Positions 24,700-32,000 of a DNA stretch of 32,000 nt are shown in pieces. A model generated the notes under the pieces. It was given only the letters and a program-made list of their open reading frames with translations, searched no databases and was not told where the DNA came from. The DNA comes from Candidatus Korarchaeum cryptofilum OPF8 (GTDB taxonomy: Archaea > Korarchaeota > Korarchaeia > Korarchaeales > Korarchaeaceae): contig NC_010482.1 in the NCBI RefSeq assembly GCF_000019605.1, positions 1,380,001 to 1,412,000 of the forward strand, given 5' to 3'. The position numbers were made by a program, and so were the translations under genes. Position 1 is the first letter of the stretch. Each line of letters begins with the position of its first letter.

Positions 24700-25103
24700 T
24701 CCGGGCTGCGCCATATCTCGATGAACCTGGGCACTATGAGTATCGGAGGATAGCCCCTGTCCCTTATCATGACGAGATCTCCGCCCATCTCCAGTATCCT
24801 CTCCTTCAGCTTCTGGACCATGAACTTGAGCTTCTCCTCCCCCTCTGAAGCGAGATCATCGTACCTCAGAAGCACTATGTTCCCCTCGTTTATCTCGTTC
24901 AATATCTGCTCGACATCCTCAGCGCTCCTGAGGTTCATCGGCTTCACTGTTATGGCTTTCTCGGATAGGAACCTCGGTCTAGCTGGCTCAACATCGAGGG
25001 GCTCCTCCTCAAACCCCTCCTCTTCCCCCTCCTCATAATATTCTTCCTCCTCATGCTTGCCCCCGAATATCTTCCTGAAGAAACCCATGATCGCACCCAA
25101 CAT
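24696..25103 (-). CDS. sepF: SepF-like cell-division protein (DUF552)
   Basis: N-terminal amphipathic MGFFRKIFGG, then an acidic linker, then the C-terminal SepF core (ITVKPMNLRSAEDVEQILNEINEGNIVLL...GGDLVMI). The probable start is M6 at 25088. Confidence 0.65.
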   Translation of the reverse strand: MLGAIMGFFRKIFGGKHEEEEYYEEGEEEGFEEEPLDVEPARPRFLSEKAITVKPMNLRSAEDVEQILNEINEGNIVLLRYDDLASEGEEKLKFMVQKLKERILEMGGDLVMIRDRGYPPILIVPRFIEIWRSPD

Positions 25104-25155
25104 AGGGGGGAGGGCGCGGTATTTAAATTATGAAGGGCTTAAGGCTGGGGTCGAG

Positions 25156-25398
25156 ATGTCGAGCGCCATGAGGTACCTCGCTAAGAGCATGAACGGAAGC
25201 GTGCTAGTGATACTGAAGAACGGGGTTTACGTTAGGGGAATACTGAAGTCATACGATAATCACCTCAACCTGATACTCGATAACGCGGAGGAGATAATGG
25301 AAGGGAATGCTAAGAAGCTGGGGAAGAGGGTCCTGATAAGGGGAGATAACGTTATAGCTATATCAACCCAGAAGATAGAGATAGGTGAGGAGGAATGA
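25156..25398 (+). CDS. Sm-like (LSm) archaeal protein
   Basis: Sm1 is [26 protein letters not shown] and Sm2 is [11 protein letters not shown]. The TATA GTATTTAAATTA lies about 33 nt upstream. The ORF-track start at 25057 is an upstream extension. Confidence 0.85.
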   Translation: MSSAMRYLAKSMNGSVLVILKNGVYVRGILKSYDNHLNLILDNAEEIMEGNAKKLGKRVLIRGDNVIAISTQKIEIGEEE

Positions 25399-25556
25399 AG
25401 GGAACGCCATCGATGGGAAGAAGGAGCAGAGGACAAACCCATGTCAGGTGCAGGAGGTGCGGGAGGCACTCTTTTAACATCAGAAAGGGATACTGCGCTG
25501 CGTGCGGCTTCGGAAGGAGCAAGAGAATACGCAGCTATGCATGGGCGAAAGGTTAA
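25395..25556 (+). CDS. rpl37e: Ribosomal protein L37e (53 aa; below ORF-track cutoff)
   Basis: Hand translation gives [53 protein letters not shown]. Its ATG overlaps the Sm stop (ATGA). The Sm-L37e pair is a conserved archaeal arrangement. Confidence 0.9.
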   Translation: MKGTPSMGRRSRGQTHVRCRRCGRHSFNIRKGYCAACGFGRSKRIRSYAWAKG

Positions 25557-25580
25557 AAAAGGGCCCCATAGAATAGATGT

Positions 25581-25653
25581 GGGCCGGTGGCGCAGTTGGT
25601 AGCGCGCCCGCTTGGCATGCGGGAGGTCGGGGGTTCGAATCCCCCCCGGTCCA
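25581..25653 (+). tRNA. tRNA-Ala(GGC)
   Basis: Acceptor stem is GGGCCGG/CCGGTCC with the G3:U70 identity pair. Anticodon arm is CCCGC-TTGGCAT-GCGGG. T arm is GGGGG-TTCGAAT-CCCCC. Discriminator is A. Confidence 0.92.
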
Positions 25654-25657
25654 CTTA

Positions 25658-25729
25658 GCCGGGGTAGCTCAGAGGGAGAGCGTCCGGCTGAAGACCGGAA
25701 GGTCGAGGGTTCAAATCCCTCCCCCGGCA
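25658..25729 (+). tRNA. tRNA-Phe(GAA)
   Basis: Acceptor stem is GCCGGGG/CCCCGGC. Anticodon arm is TCCGG-CTGAAGA-CCGGA. T arm is GAGGG-TTCAAAT-CCCTC. Discriminator is A. It lies only 4 nt after tRNA-Ala. Confidence 0.92.
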
Positions 25730-25972
25730 CTCCTAGTTTTACGGTCCGCGTCTCAGGTAGCTCGCTATAATGTCCGGATACATGAAATTTCCGGACACCA
25801 GTTCATGGGCTATGTAGGGGGAAGGGCGTTCACTCGATCAACCGCTTTTTTCATAAATCTTTACTTTATTCCGTAGTTAATTATGTTATTTAATTTGGCC
25901 TATAACCTAAGTTGAGTTAGTGCCATCATGAGAAAAGATAACATAATATAGAGAATCATCAACATAACTTAG

Positions 25973-27331
<1,359 letters not shown>

Positions 27332-27349
27332 ACATTTTTTTAATTCTTG

Positions 27350-27814
27350 ATGATACCGGGAAGGCCCGAGATATTCAGAGTGGCTGATAGGCACCTGATA
27401 TTAGCTGGCTTGAGGGGAAAGCCGAGGTTCAGGCCTGAAATCGCTCTGATTCCCGCTTCCTTGATAGCCTCGAAGAGACATCTCCTGATGGCAGCGATAA
27501 GGGCGATTAGGAGCTTTCACTATGGCGTTAACGTATCCGACAAGTTCGCTTACGAAGTCGGTATATGCCTCCTCGGAATCAGGGAGGTATCGAGGGTCAT
27601 AAGGCTCCTCTCCACGGGCCAGGATGAGCACGCTTTAATCCTGCATTGTGATAAGATAGAAGATTGCTTGAGATCTCTCATCAGCATAACGATGGAAGAT
27701 GTGACTCTATCCGATATCGAAGTTAATTATGAACCTCAGAAAATGGCCAGCTGCACTGGTAATGTTGAATGCCTCGCGATGGAGCAGGGGATTTCCATCG
27801 AACTCGAGAGGTAG
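27350..27814 (+). CDS. cgi121: KEOPS complex subunit Cgi121
   Basis: The pattern ALIPASLIASKRHLLMAAIRAIRSFHYGVNVSDKFAYEVGICLLGIREVSRVIRLL matches the Cgi121 core (..I.s..Hl..A...A...F..g.N.s......E.ll...G.R.i..ai..l). The size is about 150 aa. Confidence 0.6.
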   Translation: MIPGRPEIFRVADRHLILAGLRGKPRFRPEIALIPASLIASKRHLLMAAIRAIRSFHYGVNVSDKFAYEVGICLLGIREVSRVIRLLSTGQDEHALILHCDKIEDCLRSLISITMEDVTLSDIEVNYEPQKMASCTGNVECLAMEQGISIELER

Positions 27815-27848
27815 CAATATTAAATAGTTCAGGGGAACTCTAGAGAAT

Positions 27849-28169
27849 ATGTCATCCGACGAGTACCTTCAGGCGAAAGCTGAGGAGATATTAGCTGAGT
27901 TGAACCAGGTTTTAGTTCAACTGGCGACGCTTAGGGCTGAGTATAACTCTGTGGATGAGGCAATAAGGAGGCTTGAGAGGCTTCCGGAGGCCGATGAGAT
28001 ATTTGAGAGGGTCGGAGTGCTCTACATAAGGAGGGACAGGGATTCCGTGCTTCTAGATCTGAAGGCGACTAAGGAGACACTAGAAGCCACTATAAAATCC
28101 CTCGAGAAGAAGGAGAGGGACCTAAGGGAGACCTTGAGCAGGGTGGCTAGCTCTACTCAAAGTAGCTGA
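27849..28169 (+). CDS. pfdB: Prefoldin beta subunit
   Basis: Coiled coil, beta hairpins, coiled coil. LERLPEADEIFERVGVLYIRRDRDSVLLDLKATKETLE aligns with the prefoldin-beta hairpin region. Confidence 0.65.
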   Translation: MSSDEYLQAKAEEILAELNQVLVQLATLRAEYNSVDEAIRRLERLPEADEIFERVGVLYIRRDRDSVLLDLKATKETLEATIKSLEKKERDLRETLSRVASSTQSS

Positions 28170-29490
28170 GCAGGCTCTCCTCGAAATCCCCTTTCATTTT
28201 TCTCGGTATTTGAGCTCCCGCCGCGTGCCTATGTCCACCTCCCCTCCCCCCGACCGTAGTAGAAGCTTTCCTCAGGATCTCATTCAGATCGAAGCCGCTG
28301 ACCCTATTCGTGAGCCTAGCGGATACCTTAAGCATATCTCCCTCGGTCTCAGCGTACCCGATGACGAGATCCACGTTCTTGATGCTCTTACTCATTATGG
28401 ACGTCAGAGTGCTTATGATGGTATCCTCAGCCACACCTTCATCTATGAATGCGACCTTCCCGATGACCCTGGGTTTGAGATCCCTGAGCAAGCTCGAGAG
28501 GTGCTTCTTATAATCCTGAAGGACGGATAATGCTGAGGAAAGTATCTCGCCCCTCATCCCAGATGCCAAGAGAGCTCCCAGGTATCCCCTGCCCATCCTA
28601 CCGCACGCATTGAGTAAAGTTGAGAAACTGGATAGATCCCTCAGCGGGGAGCCTTTCGGCTCCATCAGGTTCACATAGGTGTTCCCCAGGAGAGACTTAG
28701 CCTTATCTAAGCTCTCAACCCTCTTAACTAATTCGTTCATAAGATCCCTCTTCTGCTCATCGCTCAGATCGGATAGCGTGACCCACTTCTCCCCTATCTT
28801 TATGGGGATCCCTAAGGATTCGATCAAGCTCAGAGCTCCAGCAGAATCGTCCGAAACCCCTCTTATGAATGGATCCACAGTTCTCTCAAGGGAGGAGACG
28901 AGAGGGTAGTCAGGGCCGCCGAAAAGCCTTATCTCCTTCCTGACCTCAATTATACCCCTCTCAACCCCCCAGTTCAATATAGCTTCATTCAAACCGCTGA
29001 AGCCCCCGTTCTCCTGGAGGTCGCCTAGGGCTCCGGTTAGAGCCACCGGTACCATCGAATAGTCCTCGAAGAACTCCCTATAAAGGAGGAAGCATAGGCC
29101 CGATGAACTAACGTCCCTATCCCCATCTATCCCTTGGGTGAACGGGTTCAGCATCGGGATATCTTCGCTAGATGGCCTGTGATGATCTACAACGAATACC
29201 CTCTTCTCCATCGATTTTAAGAGCTCAACTTCCCCAGATCCAAGGTCTAAGAATATGTAGAGATCATAGGGCTCCTTCTTCAACTCACTTATCAGCGTAT
29301 CGCTTACATATTTGACTGAACTCAGGTGGAAGGGTACCCTGAACCTCTTGAGGATTGAGATAAATATGCCGGCTGAACTGAGCCCATCCGCATCTATATG
29401 CGAAATCACCCTGACATGTGAGCCCTTAAGGCTCCCATAGAGCTCATCCGCGAAATCTCTTACCCTATCAAAGAATGTATTTAATGCCAT
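28153..29490 (-). CDS. DHH/DHHA1 phosphoesterase, archaeal RecJ/Cdc45-like nuclease
   Basis: DHH motifs are present: HIDADGLSS, FLDLGSG, VVDHH. The DHHA1 motif is GGRGGGHRHAAGAQI. Its start lies 1 nt after the rps15 stop. Confidence 0.8.
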   Translation of the reverse strand: MALNTFFDRVRDFADELYGSLKGSHVRVISHIDADGLSSAGIFISILKRFRVPFHLSSVKYVSDTLISELKKEPYDLYIFLDLGSGEVELLKSMEKRVFVVDHHRPSSEDIPMLNPFTQGIDGDRDVSSSGLCFLLYREFFEDYSMVPVALTGALGDLQENGGFSGLNEAILNWGVERGIIEVRKEIRLFGGPDYPLVSSLERTVDPFIRGVSDDSAGALSLIESLGIPIKIGEKWVTLSDLSDEQKRDLMNELVKRVESLDKAKSLLGNTYVNLMEPKGSPLRDLSSFSTLLNACGRMGRGYLGALLASGMRGEILSSALSVLQDYKKHLSSLLRDLKPRVIGKVAFIDEGVAEDTIISTLTSIMSKSIKNVDLVIGYAETEGDMLKVSARLTNRVSGFDLNEILRKASTTVGGRGGGHRHAAGAQIPRKMKGDFEESLLSYFE

Positions 29491-29491
29491 T

Positions 29492-29947
29492 TTAGGCCGC
29501 GTAGAGTTCAGCTAACTCCGGAGTATAGCGCCAGTCGGGCGGGAGCTTGCCGACCCTCTTATAATATTTCACTAGCCTTCCTATCTTGGATTCTGTCAGT
29601 ATGAGCCCTCTCTTAGCATGTAAATCCTTCTTATGCTCCTCTAGATGCTTCCTTATCTTATAGGCCTTATTTATCAGGGCCATGAGATCCTCAGGTATCT
29701 TCTGAGCCACTCCGCCCTCTTCGAGTATCTCCGTTATCTTCTTCCCGGTGATCCTCTTGACCAATGGGACCCCGTACTCGTCCCTGAGGATCATCCCTAT
29801 CTGACTAGGTGGAACCCCTCTCTTACCCAGCTTTATCACGAGTTCCTCTATCTCCTCCTTCTTCATCTGGACCCAATCCAGTGAGAAACTCTTGGGTGGC
29901 CTCTTCGACTCGGATTTGCCCCTCTTTCTGCTATGAAGCCTCGCCAT
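29492..29947 (-). CDS. rps15: Ribosomal protein uS15 (S15P/S13e)
   Basis: [18 protein letters not shown]... starts the S13e N-domain, followed by the S15 helical domain ([15 protein letters not shown]). GAGGTGA lies 5 nt upstream of the ATG at 29947. The ORF-track start at 29986 is an upstream extension. Confidence 0.9.
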   Translation of the reverse strand: MARLHSRKRGKSESKRPPKSFSLDWVQMKKEEIEELVIKLGKRGVPPSQIGMILRDEYGVPLVKRITGKKITEILEEGGVAQKIPEDLMALINKAYKIRKHLEEHKKDLHAKRGLILTESKIGRLVKYYKRVGKLPPDWRYTPELAELYAA

Positions 29948-30135
29948 ACTTTCACCTCTTGGGCTCTCCCGCTCCTCCCTTAGCATTCACTCCTATTTAT
30001 GCTTATCCTCAGTTGGGGAGCCGAGGCCTCTAGGCATCAGCGGCCATCTGACTCTCTAGGATAGGGCTGTGAGGATCGATCCCATCTTTAAATGGATAAA
30101 ATCAAGCTATGACCTGCCTCGGGTTATTTCACCTT

Positions 30136-30690
30136 CTACGGGAGTCTATCACTTCCAAATCTCATCAGGAATTCCCTCAGCTTTCGGCAGGATGCCCCCC
30201 TATGGGAGAACCTATCCTTCTCATCCCCAAGCTCCCCATAAGTCTTATTAGAGCCGTTAGGGATGAATATGGGGTCGAATCCCCACCCTCCTCCCCTCAC
30301 CTCCCTCGCTATGGTCCCTTGAACCCTCCCCTCGAAGACCTCTATCCCCCTACCATAGCTCAATGCTATAACTGAGATGAAAAAGGCTCTCCTATTCTCT
30401 ACACCATTCATCAACTTTAGGACTCCCTCATTCCCGATCTTCTTGAATACATAAGAGGAATAGGGTCCCGGAAAACCGTTGAGGGCTTCTATGAAGAGGC
30501 CGGAGTCCTCTATGAAGAAGGGCTCCCTGATGTAATTCGACAACCACTTCGCAGATGTAACCACTATCTCTCTCGTATCCTCCCCCTGGGGCTCCAGATA
30601 ATCCACCTCGAGGAACTTTAGATCGATAAGGTCGGAGAGCATCCTCCTGAACTCCTCATACTTATGCCTGTTGGAGGAAGCGAATATCAC
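30136..30690 (-). CDS. Non-canonical purine NTP pyrophosphatase (Ham1/RdgB/ITPase family)
   Basis: MIFASSNRHKYEEF, EDSGLFIEALNGFPGPYS and GGGWGFDPIF are present. Confidence 0.85.
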   Translation of the reverse strand: MIFASSNRHKYEEFRRMLSDLIDLKFLEVDYLEPQGEDTREIVVTSAKWLSNYIREPFFIEDSGLFIEALNGFPGPYSSYVFKKIGNEGVLKLMNGVENRRAFFISVIALSYGRGIEVFEGRVQGTIAREVRGGGWGFDPIFIPNGSNKTYGELGDEKDRFSHRGASCRKLREFLMRFGSDRLP

Positions 30691-31271
30691 TTGTACCTAC
30701 CCCTGGCCTCTACCTCCCCCAGTCTCCTTATTACGCGTTCCGCGATATCGCAATTCCCATACCCCCTTAGGAAGGAGTTCCAAAGAGGCTCCCAATCATC
30801 CGTTATCGACTTCAGGGATCTCTTCAACACATACAGGTCGACCGCATAGCTCTCTATATCATGAGTGTATTCCGCCAGCCCGAAGTCCAGTAAGCATATT
30901 CCTCTCTCATTCACAATCGCATTGTAAGGTGTGAGGTCATTATGCGCTATATTAGCTCTGTGAAGCCTGCAGGAGGCCAAGCCAAAGGCTAACATACTCT
31001 CCTCATTTATTGAATCTGCCATTCTAATACCATGAACATACTCCATCATTATGGAATCATCCCAGACATCCAGAATCGCTGGTACTGGAACCCCGGCTAT
31101 TCTAGCTCTCCTCATAAGCCTAGCTTCTTTTCTAGTCCTCATTATCCTGATCATTCTATCCAGCTCATCGATCCTATACCCCTTGCTTATCCTCCTCTTT
31201 ATCACGACTGGGAGGCCCAGGAAATCCGCTTTATAGAGCTCAGCTTCAGCCCCTCTATATATCAGCTCCAT
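30687..31271 (-). CDS. bud32: KEOPS kinase/ATPase Bud32 (stand-alone)
   Basis: RGAEAELYK, VIKRRISKGYRIDELD, TRKEARLMRRA, catalytic HNDLTPYN and LLDFGLA fit the RIO-like minimal kinase fold. Confidence 0.85.
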   Translation of the reverse strand: MELIYRGAEAELYKADFLGLPVVIKRRISKGYRIDELDRMIRIMRTRKEARLMRRARIAGVPVPAILDVWDDSIMMEYVHGIRMADSINEESMLAFGLASCRLHRANIAHNDLTPYNAIVNERGICLLDFGLAEYTHDIESYAVDLYVLKRSLKSITDDWEPLWNSFLRGYGNCDIAERVIRRLGEVEARGRYK

Positions 31272-31927
31272 CCGTATCTACCCCTCAGAGGGACGAAAGC
31301 TACCTCAGTTATATGCTTCTTAATGATATTATTGCCCCTCTTCTCAACTAACAGGAGGTCCTGACCCCAGAAACCCGGACTTCCCACGGGTATGACTAGC
31401 TTCCCGCCATCAGCTAGCATCTCGATGAGTGGGGGAGGTATCTGGGGTGCCGCTGCCGTGACAACTATCCTATCCACCTTTCTCCTGAGGGGCAATCCAG
31501 AGCTTCCATCAGCATTCACTACGTGAACTCTCGAGGAATAGCCCGCTTTACTCAGGTTCTCGAAAGCTAGTGAGGCTAGCCTGGGATTTATCTCCACCGT
31601 TATGACTGCCCCCCATCTCGATGGTGGTGAATCGCTGGGGGCAACTATCTCGGCTATAGTAGCAGCATGGTAACCGCTGCCCGATCCAACTTCGAGGACC
31701 AACTGCCCCTCCTCGAGATCGAGCACTTCGTTCATAATGAAGACCATGTGAGGGGCGCTTATCGTCTGATCATCCCCTATCGGTAAGGGTATGTCCTCAT
31801 AAGCTACCTCCTTATATCTCTCAGGGACGAAGAGCTCCCTCTTAACCCTCTCGGCAGCTCTCCTCACCTTCTCCGTTTTTATTATACCTCTCCTAACCAA
31901 GCTCTCGATGAGTCTAGCGTGATCCAT
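31262..31927 (-). CDS. pcm: Protein-L-isoaspartate O-methyltransferase
   Basis: FVPERYKEVAYEDIPLPIGDDQTISAPHMV and VLEVGSGSGYHAATIAEIV are present, along with the C-terminal VPLR motif region. Confidence 0.88.
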   Translation of the reverse strand: MDHARLIESLVRRGIIKTEKVRRAAERVKRELFVPERYKEVAYEDIPLPIGDDQTISAPHMVFIMNEVLDLEEGQLVLEVGSGSGYHAATIAEIVAPSDSPPSRWGAVITVEINPRLASLAFENLSKAGYSSRVHVVNADGSSGLPLRRKVDRIVVTAAAPQIPPPLIEMLADGGKLVIPVGSPGFWGQDLLLVEKRGNNIIKKHITEVAFVPLRGRYGWS

Positions 31928-31941
31928 CCGGGTGCTTCGAC

Positions 31942-32000
31942 ATGGAGAGAATATTAGCTTACGGTCACCCTAACATAAGGGCCAGGCACAGGACCACGAT
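31942..32000 (+). CDS. 5' end of a CDS leaving the window, possibly a DUF371-family protein (partial)
   Basis: MERILAYGHPNIRARHRTT... resembles the DUF371 N-terminus (GH.N..A.H.TT.E.T). Only 19 codons are visible. Confidence 0.35.
   Translation, partial: MERILAYGHPNIRARHRTT

Noticed and set aside
25260-25876. 156-aa minus-strand ORF (25260..25730) and 99-aa plus-strand ORF (25577..25876) across the L37e / tRNA-Ala / tRNA-Phe region
   Set aside because: They run through two tRNA genes and run antisense to (minus-strand ORF) or lie downstream of (plus-strand ORF) well-supported small genes. Their composition is an artefact of tRNA GC content.
30109-30375. 88-aa plus-strand ORF downstream of the stray TATA-like box at 30087-30093
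   Set aside because: It lies entirely antisense to the well-supported ITPase gene and has a Pro/Ser/Leu-rich composition. If transcribed, it is more likely a non-coding antisense RNA.

Overview
All protein family calls below come from motifs I recognised in the supplied translations; no database search was run. This is a compact archaeal chromosomal window with about 50 genes, almost no intergenic space and many overlapping stop/start codons. The GC-rich tRNA stems suggest a hyperthermophile. PolD, SepF, split KEOPS genes and a tRNA that looks intron-bearing suggest a Korarchaeota/TACK-like lineage, but that is only a guess.

Most of the window is information-processing housekeeping:
- Replication and repair: PolD small subunit, FEN1, RecJ-like DHH nuclease.
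- Translation: ValRS-like synthetase, aEF-1beta, Pth2, ribosomal proteins L40e, L37e and S15.
- RNA processing and modification: RtcB, KsgA, an Mtq2-like methylase, aCPSF1, an Sm protein, KEOPS subunits Cgi121 and Bud32.
- Protein handling and cell division: proteasome beta, prefoldin beta, FKBP, SepF.
- Metabolism and other: GGGP synthase, succinyl-CoA synthetase, an aminotransferase, ITPase, PIMT.
- Seven tRNA genes.

I saw no CRISPR array, rRNA gene or recognisable defence operon.

The non-housekeeping content and main oddities are:
1. An IS607-type element at about 1546-3485. It carries a serine recombinase TnpA and an apparently intact TnpB, and sits between the GPN GTPase and PolD small-subunit genes.
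2. A visibly AT-rich islet at 10557-12874 with two divergent genes for a membrane-anchored and a secreted protein of unknown family.
3. A membrane-tethered winged-helix regulator with a large ectodomain. Its only canonical in-frame start codons lie upstream of, and read through, a complete tRNA-Arg gene.
4. A ValRS-like synthetase whose HIGH and KMSKS signature positions read HIAA and AMHKS.
5. A 103-nt tRNA-Ser(CGA) with an extra insertion in the D-arm region.
6. Divergently transcribed sucC and sucD around a symmetric AT-rich promoter.

Several small genes fall below the ORF-track cutoff and were found by hand: L40e, L37e and a 58-aa Cys/His protein.
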